Positions 1-10,867 of a DNA stretch of 64,000 bases are shown one piece after another (the first letter of the stretch is position 1; the number at the start of each line of letters is the position of its first letter). This DNA is from an uncultured Jatrophihabitantaceae bacterium. Its GTDB lineage: Bacteria > Actinomycetota > Actinomycetes > Mycobacteriales > Jatrophihabitantaceae. The DNA is taken from contig CAXULW010000019.1 in the NCBI GenBank assembly GCA_964252015.1, positions 4,118-68,117 of the forward strand. The letters run 5' to 3'. Position numbers and translations under genes: made by a program. The notes beneath the pieces are model-generated. The model worked only from the letters and a program-made list of their open reading frames with translations. It was not told the origin of the DNA and made no database searches.

Positions 1-1784
<1,784 letters not shown>

Positions 1785-1801
1785 CCGGCGCCGACCTGCG
1801 C

Positions 1802-4015
1802 TCAGATTATGTAAAGCGTGACCACGGAACCCCGCTTGATCCTCTCGCCCGGCCGGGGGTCCATCCCGACGACGAGGCCGTTGGCACCGCCGAAGGATCG
1901 CTGCACCCGCACTTCCAGGCCGGCGTCCTTCAGCGTGGCCGTGGCCGCCGCGACCGGGTCCAGGTTGGGCAGCGACGGCACGGTCACCAGGTCGACCCCC
2001 TTGGAGATGACCAGCTCGATCTTCGCGAACTTGCGAACCTGGGCCCCGTCGGCCGGGTTCTGGCTGATCACCGAACCCGACGGCACGGAGTCGCTGAACG
2101 CGGTGGTGGTCGTGACCTTGAACTTGAACTTGGCCATGGTCAGCGTCGTCGTCGCCGCGGCCTGGGTGGCACCGACGACCTTGGGCACCGTCACGATCGG
2201 TGGCCCGGTGGAGACGACCACGGTGATCCTGCCGCCGCGGGTCAGGGTCGCGTTGGCCTTCGGGCTGGTGGAAATCACCTTTCCGTCGGCGACCACGTCG
2301 TCGGCTCGCGGGAGGTAGACGATGCGGATGCCCTTGTCCCCCAACGGTGACAATGTCGTCGCGGCGGCCGTGCGGGTGTCGCCCACCACGTCGGGAACGG
2401 CGTAGAAGGTCTTGCCGGTGGAGGCGGTCAGGCGCACCGTCCGGCCGTGGACCAGCCGGTGACCTCCCGGCGGTTGGGTCGCGATCACCGCGCCTTTGGG
2501 CACCGTCTCGCTGGGCTGGCCCGGCCCGTTGGCGACGCGAAACCCGGCGGCCTCGAGCGTCTTCGTCGCCTTGGCCACGGTGTACTGGCGCACGTCGGGG
2601 ATGCTGGCCCACCGTCCGGCCACGAACCACCACGTGCCGACGGTGATCGCGGCGGCGACCAGCAGGAGCACGAGGGCGCCGACCAGCGTGCGCAGCCAGC
2701 GCCTTTTACGTCGCCGGGCCGGCGGCAGCGCCGAGCTCGAGCCGCCGGCTCCCGGCGGGCCAGTCCGAGGACCAGACGCCGGCGCGCCGCCCTGGGGGTT
2801 TGCATGAGCCGGGTTGGGCTGAGCCGTGCCGGCGGGGTTGGCGACCATGGTGTGCTGCAGGCCGACCGGACCACCCGGACCGCCGCCCGGGCCGGTCAGC
2901 CCGCCCGGGCCACCCGGACCGCCGCCCGGGCCGGTCAGCCCACCCGGACCACCCGGGCCGCCTGGACCACCCGGACCGCCCGGACCGCCCGGACCACGCT
3001 GGTCGGCACCCGTCCGGCTGGCTCGGCTGGCGCCGGGCTCGGGTTGGGTCCGGCCGGCGCCGGCGACGTCCTCAGTCCGCGCCGCCGCCGGCCCCGGTCG
3101 CGGCGGGGCCACCTCGGGGCCGACGCGCGGGATGCGCAGACGCCGCGGCACCGGCATCACCGGCAGCCGCAGCTCGCGGCGGACGTCGTGCAGCTCGGCC
3201 AGGAACGCGGCCGCGTTGGCTGGTCGCCGGGCCGGGTCACGGGCGGTCACCCGGGCGATCAGCCGGTCCAGGACGGGGGACACCCCGCGTTGGAACGACG
3301 ACGGCGGGGCAATGTCCTCGTGCACGTGGAGGTAGGCCACGGACATCGCGTCCGGCCCGGAGTGCGGCTGCTGCCCCGTGAGCAGCTCGAACAGCACCAC
3401 CCCGGCCGAGTACACGTCCGAGCGGGCGTCGGCGTTGCCGCGGCGGAACTGTTCGGGCGAGCTGTAGGCCACCGTGCCCATCATCAGCCCGGTGCGGGTG
3501 GACGCGGCGTTCGTCTCCACCGCCCGGGCCAGCCCGAAGTCGGCCACCTTCACCAGGCCGTCGTCGGACAGCAGGATGTTCTCGGGTTTGACGTCGCGGT
3601 GCACCAGCCCGGCGCGGTGGGCGGCCGCTAGCGCGGCCAGCACCGGCTCCATGAGCGACACCGCTTCGCCCGGGGAGAGGGCACCACGTTCGCGGATGAG
3701 GTCGCGCAGCGTACGGCCGCGGACCAGTTCCATGACCAGGAAGACGCTGCCGGCGTCGGCGCCCTGGTCGTAGACGGCCACCGCGTTGACGTGGGACAGC
3801 TTGGCCGCGCTGCGTGCCTCGCGGGCGAACCGGGCCAGGAACACCGGATCGCGGGACAACGAGGGCGTCATGACCTTGACCGCAACCTCGCGGTCGAGTC
3901 GCTCGTCCACCGCGGCGTAGACGGTGGACATGCCGCCCACCGCGATCTGCGCCCGCATCCGGTAGCGGTTCTCCAGGACGCGGCCCAGGAGTGGGTCTGT
4001 CCCGGCCGGGTGCAC
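1802..4015 (-). CDS. Ser/Thr protein kinase with one TM segment and four C-terminal PASTA repeats (PknL/PknB-like)
   Basis: 737-aa ORF. Hanks kinase motifs are present (VAVKVM, HRDVKPENILL, DFGLAR, SPEQ), followed by a Gly/Pro-rich linker, a TM helix (LVGALVLLLVAAAITVGTWWF) and 4 PASTA-like ~65-aa repeats. The position next to aroG and an Rv2175c-like gene mirrors mycobacterial pknL. Confidence 0.85.
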   Translation of the reverse strand: MHPAGTDPLLGRVLENRYRMRAQIAVGGMSTVYAAVDERLDREVAVKVMTPSLSRDPVFLARFAREARSAAKLSHVNAVAVYDQGADAGSVFLVMELVRGRTLRDLIRERGALSPGEAVSLMEPVLAALAAAHRAGLVHRDVKPENILLSDDGLVKVADFGLARAVETNAASTRTGLMMGTVAYSSPEQFRRGNADARSDVYSAGVVLFELLTGQQPHSGPDAMSVAYLHVHEDIAPPSSFQRGVSPVLDRLIARVTARDPARRPANAAAFLAELHDVRRELRLPVMPVPRRLRIPRVGPEVAPPRPGPAAARTEDVAGAGRTQPEPGASRASRTGADQRGPGGPGGPGGPGGPGGPGGLTGPGGGPGGPGGLTGPGGGPGGPVGLQHTMVANPAGTAQPNPAHANPQGGAPASGPRTGPPGAGGSSSALPPARRRKRRWLRTLVGALVLLLVAAAITVGTWWFVAGRWASIPDVRQYTVAKATKTLEAAGFRVANGPGQPSETVPKGAVIATQPPGGHRLVHGRTVRLTASTGKTFYAVPDVVGDTRTAAATTLSPLGDKGIRIVYLPRADDVVADGKVISTSPKANATLTRGGRITVVVSTGPPIVTVPKVVGATQAAATTTLTMAKFKFKVTTTTAFSDSVPSGSVISQNPADGAQVRKFAKIELVISKGVDLVTVPSLPNLDPVAAATATLKDAGLEVRVQRSFGGANGLVVGMDPRPGERIKRGSVVTLYII
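2866..2996 (-). repeat. in-frame GC-rich tandem repeat encoding the (GPGGP)n / GLTGPGGGPGGPG linker of the kinase
   Basis: Two near-identical ~39-42-bp units (ccacccggaccgccgcccgggccggtcagccc...) plus shorter ccacccgga/ccgcccgga units read directly in the sequence. Confidence 0.7.
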
Positions 4016-4091
4016 GACGGCTGATTCTACGGCCGGGGCGGGGTCCAGACCTGGTCACGACACCCGGGGCGGTCTGCGTAGGCTGGCCCGG

Positions 4092-4976
4092 ATGGCGTCC
4101 ACCGGGTCCTACGGCGATGCCGACAGCGACGCCGACGGCGAGCCCGAGGCCGACCTCGAACCCGTGGCCGATCGGGTCGAGATCCTCGCGGACGCCGACC
4201 GTCCCGGCGGCTGGATGTTGCTATTGGAACGCATCCGGCAGTCCTACGTCGACCTCGACGACCCGACCTATCTCGACTTCGAATACATGCGCTGGATGGC
4301 CCACGTGGTCGACGCCGCGCCCGAGGGTCCGCTGGCCGTCACCCATCTCGGCGGTGGCGCGGCCACCCTGGTGCGCTACATCGCCGCCACCCGGCCGGGC
4401 AGCAGCCAGATCGTGTGCGAGCCCGACGCCGAGCTGACCGAGTTCGTCCGGGCCAAGCTGCCGTTCCGCCGTGACGTGCGGGTGCGCATCCGGTCCATCG
4501 ACGGGCGGGCCGGGATTGCGGCGCTCCGGGCCGCCAGCGCCGACATGGTCGTGCTGGACGCGTTCGCGGGCGGGCGGGTGCCGGCCGAGCTCGGGACGGC
4601 CGAGTTCGCGACCGAGGTGAACCGGGTGCTGCGTCTCGGCGGGCTGTTCGTGGCCAACATCGGCGACGGCGGGAACATGCGGTACGCGCGCCGTCTGGTG
4701 GCCGCGCTGGGCACGCGCCTGCCGCACGCGCTCCTGGTCACCGACAAATCCGTGCTCACCGGGCGGCGCTACGGCAACATCATGGTGGCCGCATCGGGCC
4801 GCCGGCTGCCGTTGGAACCAATCCGCCGCGGCCTGCTCGGAGAGCCGTTCCCGGTACAGGTCCTCACCGGCCGCGAGCTGTCCGGCTGGCTCGGCGGGGC
4901 CGCCCCGTTCACCGATGCGGACGCGCACCGCTCGCCGAGCCCGCCCGAGGAAACGTGGCGCGTAGCCCCCGACTGA
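4092..4976 (+). CDS. spermidine synthase-like SAM-dependent methyltransferase-fold protein
   Basis: 294-aa ORF. It shows the pattern HLGGGAATL..IVCEPDAEL..VVLDAF..VPAELGTAEF..LRLGGLFVANI seen in spermidine/spermine synthase-like proteins. The exact function is not inferable. Confidence 0.55.
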   Translation: MASTGSYGDADSDADGEPEADLEPVADRVEILADADRPGGWMLLLERIRQSYVDLDDPTYLDFEYMRWMAHVVDAAPEGPLAVTHLGGGAATLVRYIAATRPGSSQIVCEPDAELTEFVRAKLPFRRDVRVRIRSIDGRAGIAALRAASADMVVLDAFAGGRVPAELGTAEFATEVNRVLRLGGLFVANIGDGGNMRYARRLVAALGTRLPHALLVTDKSVLTGRRYGNIMVAASGRRLPLEPIRRGLLGEPFPVQVLTGRELSGWLGGAAPFTDADAHRSPSPPEETWRVAPD

Positions 4977-4988
4977 CCCCATCCACCG

Positions 4989-5039
4989 CGAATCGGGTGC
5001 ACAGAGGGACACCTGGTGTCCATGTATGCACCCGATTCG
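4989..5039. repeat. imperfect 51-nt palindrome (copy A of a two-copy palindromic element)
   Basis: cgaatcgggtgca-cagag-ggacacc-t-ggtgtcc-atgta-tgcacccgattcg, with 13-bp outer and 7-bp inner complementary arms. It lies 13 nt after the stop at 4976 and 19 nt before the GTG at 5058. Its core closely resembles 45644..45688. Confidence 0.7.
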
Positions 5040-5057
5040 GGTTACTAGGCTGGTCGG

Positions 5058-5405
5058 GTGGACGTGACCGTGGACGAACTCGACCTACTGGCGTTGCCGG
5101 ACGTGGCGGCGCGGCTCGACCTGCCGATCACGCGGGTGCACCAACTGATCCGCGACGGTGACGTGGTGGCCGTGTCCCGCCCGGATCAGCCGCGGGCGAT
5201 TCCGGCCGCGTTCATCGGTGACGAGGGCCCGGTGAAGGGCCTGCCCGCCGTGATCACCCTGCTCCGTGACGCGCGCTACCAGGACGAGGAGATCGTCGAC
5301 TGGCTGTTCCGGGCCGACGAATCCCTGCCGGGAACGCCGATCCAGGCGTTACGCGAAAACCGCGGCACCGAGATCAAACGCCGCGCCCAAGCGGCCGGAT
5401 TCTGA
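5058..5405 (+). CDS. Rv2175c-family winged-helix DNA-binding protein
   Basis: 115-aa ORF. LALPDVAARLDLPITRVHQLIRDGDVVAV...IPAAFI...VKGLPAVITLLRDA resembles the mycobacterial PknL substrate Rv2175c, and it has the same neighbourhood (divergent from the kinase). Confidence 0.7.
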   Translation: MDVTVDELDLLALPDVAARLDLPITRVHQLIRDGDVVAVSRPDQPRAIPAAFIGDEGPVKGLPAVITLLRDARYQDEEIVDWLFRADESLPGTPIQALRENRGTEIKRRAQAAGF

Positions 5406-5466
5406 TCCCGCTGAGGCGACTTCGGCGCAGGAACGCGCCACGACGGCAAGCGCGATTGTTCCGGTC

Positions 5467-5811
5467 GTGAGGCACCTGACCTATCTGGGCGTACTGGCCG
5501 CCTGCCTGATCGGGACCGCCCCGCTCGAATTGTTCCTGCACGCCCGGGTGTACCGGCGCTGGCGGCGCGCCGTGCTGGCGATCGTGCCTGCGGTGGTGCT
5601 CTTCACGGTGTGGGACGTGGCCGCGATCCGGGCGCATTGGTGGCACTTCGACCAGCGGTACATGTCCGGTGTGGTGCTGCCGGGCCGGCTCCCGCTGGAG
5701 GAGCTGCTGTTCTTCGTGGTCGTCCCGCTCTGCGCCATCCTCACCTTCGAGGCCGTGCGGTGCCTGCGCCCGGCCTGGTTCGTCGGCGACGAAACGTCCG
5801 AACGGTCATGA
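5467..5811 (+). CDS. lycopene cyclase domain protein (heterodimeric CrtYc/CrtYe-type subunit)
   Basis: Distal part of ORF 5266..5811 from the in-frame GTG at 5467. It is a ~114-aa three-TM protein (LTYLGVLAACLIG.., VLFTVWDVAAIRAHWWHFD, PLEELLFFVVVPLCAILTFE), typical of small lycopene-cyclase subunits. Confidence 0.65.
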   Translation: MRHLTYLGVLAACLIGTAPLELFLHARVYRRWRRAVLAIVPAVVLFTVWDVAAIRAHWWHFDQRYMSGVVLPGRLPLEELLFFVVVPLCAILTFEAVRCLRPAWFVGDETSERS

Positions 5812-5839
5812 CGCCGCGATTCGTGACCGGGCCCGGGTC

Positions 5840-6139
5840 GTGAGTTACACCGAGGCCAGCGGGCTGGCGGTGGTGCTGGCCGTCGTCGCCGACCTGTGGA
5901 TCCTGCGCACGGGGTTGGTGCGCCGGCGCGTGTTCTGGGTCAGCTACGCCATCGTGGTCGCGTTCCAACTGGCGGTGAACGGTGTGCTGACCGGCCTGGA
6001 CATCGTCCGCTACGACCCGCACCGGATCATCGGCTGGCGGATTGCCTGGGCGCCGGTGGAAGACCTGGGCTTCGGGTTCGCGCTAGTGCTGTGCGCGTTG
6101 ACGACGTGGGTCTGGCTGGGCCGCCGCGGGATCGGCTGA
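5840..6139 (+). CDS. lycopene cyclase domain protein (second subunit, CrtYd/CrtYf-type)
   Basis: Distal part of ORF 5669..6139 from the GTG at 5840. It is a ~99-aa three-TM protein (LAVVLAVVADLWILRTG, PVEDLGFGFALVLCALTTW). The start codon is uncertain. Confidence 0.6.
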   Translation: MSYTEASGLAVVLAVVADLWILRTGLVRRRVFWVSYAIVVAFQLAVNGVLTGLDIVRYDPHRIIGWRIAWAPVEDLGFGFALVLCALTTWVWLGRRGIG

Positions 6140-6157
6140 GGCGGGATCGGCTGGAGA

Positions 6158-7759
6158 TCAGGACGCCGACGAGCGGGTGGCCGGTTCCCAGCTGCGGTGG
6201 GCCGCGGCCGGGCGCAGGGCCAGCGATCGGGCCGAGGGGGCCTTGACCGCCCGGCGGATCCGTTCGCGCTCGCGTCCGCCGGTGATGCGTTCGGCCGCGA
6301 GCCGCCCGCTGAGCAGCACCATCGGCACGCCCACGCCGGGTTGGGTGTTCGCGCCGCAGAAGACCAGGTTCTCCACCCGGCGGTCCAGGGTGGGCGGTCG
6401 GAACGGCCCGGTCTGGCTCAGCCGGTGGTTGGCCGAGAACGGGGTGCCACCGGCCAGCCCGTCGGCCAACCAGTCGGCCGGCGTGACCAGGTGCTCCACC
6501 TCGATCGCGTCGCCGAACCCGTCCAGACCGCGGGACTCCAGGGTGGCGACGATGTGGTCGCGGTAGCGCGGACCCGTCTCGTCCCAGTCGATCCCGGCCC
6601 CGCTGACCGTGTTCGGCGCCGGGAACAACACGTGGTAGATCTGGCGGTCCTTGGGCGCCAGCCCGGGTTCGGTCGCGGTGGGGTTGCCGATCAGGAACGA
6701 CGGATCGCTCATCACCCGGCCCTGGTCGATCACCTCGCGGAACGTCTCGCCCCAGGCCCGCCCGAAGTCGATGGTGTGGTGGGCCAACCCGTCGTACCGT
6801 GCGGACGACCCCACGTGCAGCACCACGCACGACGGCGAGTAGGTCAGCCGGGCCACCCGTTTCGGGGTGTATTCGACCGGCAGAAGCTGGTGGTATGCGG
6901 TCGGCAGGTCGGCGTTGACGACCACGGCGTCGGCCGGGAAGCGCTCCCCGTCAGCGGTGACGACGGCGCGGGCGCGGCCGCCGTTCACCTCGATGCGCGC
7001 GGCGGTCGTGCCGTAGCGGAACGTGACCCCGTGCCGCGCCGCCGCCCCGGCCAGGGCGTCGGCCACCGCGGACATCCCGCCCTTCGGGTAAAAGACGCCG
7101 GCCACGCTGTCCATGTAGGCGATGACCGCGTAGACGGCCAGGGCCCGGTCCGGGGCCATCCCGGCGTACATCGACTGGAACGAGAAGATCCGTCGTAGCC
7201 GCTCGTCGGTGAAGAAGCTGTCCACCTTGGGCCCGAGCCGGCGCAGGCCACCGAGGGCAGCCACCCGGGCCGCGGCCGGGCTGACCAGGTCGCGGGCGCG
7301 GTCCAGGTTGCGATCGATGAACGTGGGCAGCTCGGCCTCGTACAGCTCCCGCAGGAAGGTGACGAACCGGCGGTAGCCGTCCACGTCCGCGCCCGAGCCG
7401 ACGGACGCGATCTGCTCGGCCATCGCGTCGGGGTCGGTGTGGACGTCGAGGTGGGAGCCGTCGGCGAAGCGGGCCCGGTAGGCCGGCGTGATCGGCACCA
7501 GGTCGAGCCACTGTCCGATGTCCTCGCCCACACAGGCCAGCGCGTCGGCGATGAACTCTGGCATGGTCAGCACGGTCGGTCCCAGTTCGAACCGGTAACC
7601 GTCGCGATCCAGGCGGCTCGCCCGTCCACCGGGACGCGCTTCGCGTTCGAGCACGGTCACCGACCGGCCGGCGCCGGCCAACCGCAAGGCCGCCGACAGC
7701 CCGCCCAGCCCGGCGCCGATGATCACGATCGACTCCGTCGGATCGGGCACGGTGCGCAT
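6158..7759 (-). CDS. crtI: phytoene desaturase family FAD-dependent oxidoreductase
   Basis: ORF 6158..7810 with a likely ATG at 7759 (MRTVPDPTESIVIIGAGLGGLSAALRLAGAGRSVTVLEREARPGGRA, a dinucleotide-binding fold). The rest is CrtI-like (YRFELGPTVLTMP, FFTDERLRRIFSFQSMYAG, FCGANTQPGVGVPMV). Confidence 0.8.
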   Translation of the reverse strand: MRTVPDPTESIVIIGAGLGGLSAALRLAGAGRSVTVLEREARPGGRASRLDRDGYRFELGPTVLTMPEFIADALACVGEDIGQWLDLVPITPAYRARFADGSHLDVHTDPDAMAEQIASVGSGADVDGYRRFVTFLRELYEAELPTFIDRNLDRARDLVSPAAARVAALGGLRRLGPKVDSFFTDERLRRIFSFQSMYAGMAPDRALAVYAVIAYMDSVAGVFYPKGGMSAVADALAGAAARHGVTFRYGTTAARIEVNGGRARAVVTADGERFPADAVVVNADLPTAYHQLLPVEYTPKRVARLTYSPSCVVLHVGSSARYDGLAHHTIDFGRAWGETFREVIDQGRVMSDPSFLIGNPTATEPGLAPKDRQIYHVLFPAPNTVSGAGIDWDETGPRYRDHIVATLESRGLDGFGDAIEVEHLVTPADWLADGLAGGTPFSANHRLSQTGPFRPPTLDRRVENLVFCGANTQPGVGVPMVLLSGRLAAERITGGRERERIRRAVKAPSARSLALRPAAAHRSWEPATRSSAS

Positions 7760-7819
7760 GATGGCGAATCTATCCGTCCGGCGCCCCCGGGCCGACGTGC
7801 GCTGAGACACCGCGGCCGG

Positions 7820-8926
7820 TCAGCGCGATCGATCGGTGGCGGCCCCGGCCAGGACGGCGAGGGCGGCCTTGGCGTCCGGACGGATGACCGCGTCGTCGAG
7901 AGCGGCCAGGGCCACCTCCGTGCGCTCGGCGATCATCCGTTCCACCTCGGCCAGCGCGCCGGTCTCGACGATGATCTCGCGCACCCGCGAGATGCCCTCC
8001 GGGCCGAGATCACCGTTGCCCAGGCCGGCGTCGAGCGTGGCCCGTCCGGCCGGATCGGCGTGGTCGTGGGCCAGCGCCACCAGGACGGTCCGCTTGCCCT
8101 CCCGTAGGTCGTCGCCGGCCGGTTTGCCGGTGTGGACCGGGTCGCCGAACACGCCGAGGACGTCGTCGCGCAGCTGGAAGGCCTCGCCCAGCGGCACCCC
8201 GAATGCGGAGAGCGATTCCAACAGTTGCGTCGGTCCACCGCCGGCCGCCGCCCCGACGTGCAGAGGCCGCTCCACCGTGTACTTGCTCGACTTGAAGCGG
8301 GCCACCCGCAGCGCGGTCTCGACGGAATACCCGCCGCGGGCCTGCTCGAGCACGTCCAGGTACTGCCCGGCCATCATCTCCGTGCACATCGCGTCGAACG
8401 CGGCCATCGCGCCGGCGCCGTGGCCGAGCTCGCGGGTCGCCGCGGACACCATCGACCACGACCACGACAACAGCAGATCGCCGAGCAGGATCGCGGCCGC
8501 ACTGCCGAACGTGTGCGGCTCGCTCGACCACCCGGCGTCACGGTGCACCGTGGCGAAGCGGGCGTGCGCGGCCGGCTGCCCGCGGCGGGTATCCGAGGCG
8601 TCGATCAGGTCGTCGTGGACGAGTGCGGCCGCGTGCAGCAGCTCCAATCCCGCCGCGGCGCGCACCAGCACGTCCTCGCCGTCGGCGGCGTCGTGGTGCA
8701 CGCAGCGCCAGCCCCAGTAGGCGAAAACCGGTCGCATCCGCTTGCCGCCGGACAGGACGAAATCCCGCGCGGCGGCCGTGACGGGAACGAGTTCGGGACC
8801 GGCGGCTTCGAGCCCGGCGGCGCTGCCGGCCAGGAACTCGGCCAGCGCCCGGTTGATGCGCGAGGTGACGGCCATCACGTCGGCGATCGTCACACCAACG
8901 TCCGGGCGGGAATGGCCGGAGGTCAC
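7820..8926 (-). CDS. polyprenyl (geranylgeranyl) diphosphate synthase
   Basis: Both aspartate-rich motifs are present ([15 protein letters not shown] and [13 protein letters not shown]). The alternative ATG start at 8875 would leave a more realistic divergent spacer to metF. Confidence 0.85.
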   Translation of the reverse strand: MTSGHSRPDVGVTIADVMAVTSRINRALAEFLAGSAAGLEAAGPELVPVTAAARDFVLSGGKRMRPVFAYWGWRCVHHDAADGEDVLVRAAAGLELLHAAALVHDDLIDASDTRRGQPAAHARFATVHRDAGWSSEPHTFGSAAAILLGDLLLSWSWSMVSAATRELGHGAGAMAAFDAMCTEMMAGQYLDVLEQARGGYSVETALRVARFKSSKYTVERPLHVGAAAGGGPTQLLESLSAFGVPLGEAFQLRDDVLGVFGDPVHTGKPAGDDLREGKRTVLVALAHDHADPAGRATLDAGLGNGDLGPEGISRVREIIVETGALAEVERMIAERTEVALAALDDAVIRPDAKAALAVLAGAATDRSR

Positions 8927-8950
8927 GTTTCGGACACTACGCTGTGGGGC

Positions 8951-9877
8951 ATGGCGCGGACCGTGGTCGAACAGCTACGCAGCGGAAACCCCACGTTTTC
9001 GTTCGAATTCATGCCGCCCAAGACCGACGAGGCCGAACGCCAGCTGTGGAAGGCGATTCGCGAGCTCGAGCCGCTCAACCCCTCCTTCGTCTCGGTGACC
9101 TACGGCGCCGGCGGCTCGACCCGGGAGCGGACCCTCGAGGTGACCGAACGGATCGCCCAGGACACCACGCTGCTCCCGGTGGCGCACCTGACCGCGGTCA
9201 ACCACTCCGTGGCCGAATTGCGGACCATCATCGGCAACCTGGCCGCGGCCGGGGTGGTGAACATGTTGGCCCTGCGCGGCGACCCGCCCGGCGGAGATCC
9301 GCTGGGGGAGTGGGTGACGCATCCGCAAGGTCTGCGGTACGCCTCGGACCTGGTGGAGTTGATCCGGCGCAGCGGTGACTTCTCGGTTGGGGTCGCGGCG
9401 TTTCCGTACAAGCACCCGCGGTCGGCGACGATCGAGGACGACACTCGGTTCTTCGTCGAGAAGTGCCGGGCGGGCGCGCAGTACGCGATTACGCAGATGT
9501 TCTTCGACGCCGACGACTACCTGCGGCTGCGCGATCGGGTCGCCGCTTCAGGCTGCGATACGCCCATTATTGCCGGTATCATGCCGGTGACCATTATCGG
9601 CACCCTGGCCCGTTCCGAGCAGCTTTCCGGGGCGCCGTTTCCTTCCGAGCTCGCGGCGAAGTTCGAGGCCGTGGCCGACGATGCGAAGGCCGTGCGCGCG
9701 TTGGGTATCGAGGAGACCACGAAGCTGGCCCGCCGCCTGCTCGACGAGGGCGTGCCCGGAATCCACTTCATCACCTTCAACTGGTCCAAGGCCACCCGCG
9801 AAGTGTGGGCCAACCTGGACCTGGCCGCCGTCCAGGCGCCGACCGACCTGACCCTCGCGAGCAAAAGGTCGCCGTGA
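8951..9877 (+). CDS. metF: methylenetetrahydrofolate reductase
   Basis: Distal 308 codons of ORF 8132..9877 from the ATG at 8951 ([53 protein letters not shown]). The upstream part of the ORF is antisense to the prenyl synthase and is rejected. Confidence 0.85.
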   Translation: MARTVVEQLRSGNPTFSFEFMPPKTDEAERQLWKAIRELEPLNPSFVSVTYGAGGSTRERTLEVTERIAQDTTLLPVAHLTAVNHSVAELRTIIGNLAAAGVVNMLALRGDPPGGDPLGEWVTHPQGLRYASDLVELIRRSGDFSVGVAAFPYKHPRSATIEDDTRFFVEKCRAGAQYAITQMFFDADDYLRLRDRVAASGCDTPIIAGIMPVTIIGTLARSEQLSGAPFPSELAAKFEAVADDAKAVRALGIEETTKLARRLLDEGVPGIHFITFNWSKATREVWANLDLAAVQAPTDLTLASKRSP

Positions 9878-9908
9878 CCCTCGACCTGATGAACCGCGAC
9901 GAGCCGTT

Positions 9909-10793
9909 GTGGATTTCCCCGGCCCGATGACCGGCTCCCGGTACGGCAACCCACGGCGTCCCGTTGCGAAGAACATCAAGTCCTCAGTACAGGAAATGAT
10001 CCGGGCCGCCCGCGGTCCCCGGTCCGCCACTCGCGCCCTTCCGGATTTCATGATCATCGGTGCCCAGAAGGCCGGCACGACCTCGCTGTTCCAGTACCTC
10101 GAGGAGTGCCCGGATGTACGCGGGCCGTTGACCAAGGAACTGCACTACTACGACCACAACGTCGACCGCGGGGAGCAGTGGTACCGCAGCAACTTCCCGA
10201 TCCGTTCGGCGAGTGACGGATGGATCACCGGCGAGAGCTCGCCCTACTACATGCTCCATCCGAGCGTGCCCCGGCGGTTGGTCGACCACCTGCCCGGCAC
10301 CCGGTTGATCGCGCTGCTGCGGCATCCGGTCCAGCGGGCGTACTCCCATTTCAACCATTCCCGCGTGCTCGGCGGTGAACCCATCGACGACTTCCGGGCC
10401 GCGATGGCGGCGGAACCTGCGCGCACCGACGAAGCCTGGGCCCGCCTGGTCAAGACCGGTAAACGTGAGCCTGACGTGGAGTGGTTCAGCTACGCCCGCC
10501 GCAGCCATTACGCGCCGCAACTGCGCCGCTGGCTGGCCTGTTTCCCCCGGGAATCACTGCTGATCATGACGGCGGAGGAGCTGTACCGGAACCCGCAGGG
10601 TGGGCTCAGCCGGGCCCGGGCCCACCTCGGACTGCCCCAGATAGACGTCACCGACCGCAACTTCCGCCCGCGCAATGCGCGCTCCTATATCCCGATCAGC
10701 GACCAGGTTCGCGTTGCGCTCGGCCGCGAGTTCGTCGACGACATGGCTGAGGTCGAGCAGCTCATGGGCCGTCCGACCGGCTGGGACCTGTAA
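9909..10793 (+). CDS. PAPS-dependent sulfotransferase family protein
   Basis: 294-aa ORF with a 5'-PSB-like loop (IIGAQKAGTTSLFQYL) and a 3'-PB-like motif (LLRHPVQRAYSHFNH). The start may be the GTG at 9909 or the ATG at 9927. Confidence 0.7.
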   Translation: MDFPGPMTGSRYGNPRRPVAKNIKSSVQEMIRAARGPRSATRALPDFMIIGAQKAGTTSLFQYLEECPDVRGPLTKELHYYDHNVDRGEQWYRSNFPIRSASDGWITGESSPYYMLHPSVPRRLVDHLPGTRLIALLRHPVQRAYSHFNHSRVLGGEPIDDFRAAMAAEPARTDEAWARLVKTGKREPDVEWFSYARRSHYAPQLRRWLACFPRESLLIMTAEELYRNPQGGLSRARAHLGLPQIDVTDRNFRPRNARSYIPISDQVRVALGREFVDDMAEVEQLMGRPTGWDL

Positions 10794-10867
10794 GCCCGAC
10801 CGGCATCGCGGAGCGGGGCCACGGGCTCGGTTGGAAGCGTCGCTTCACGGGCAAGCGTGGCGGCGGA

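Noticed and set aside
8132-8950. Upstream 273 codons of ORF 8132..9877 (metF frame)
   Set aside because: It is antisense to the polyprenyl synthase gene and has no MetF similarity. MetF similarity starts at the ATG at 8951.
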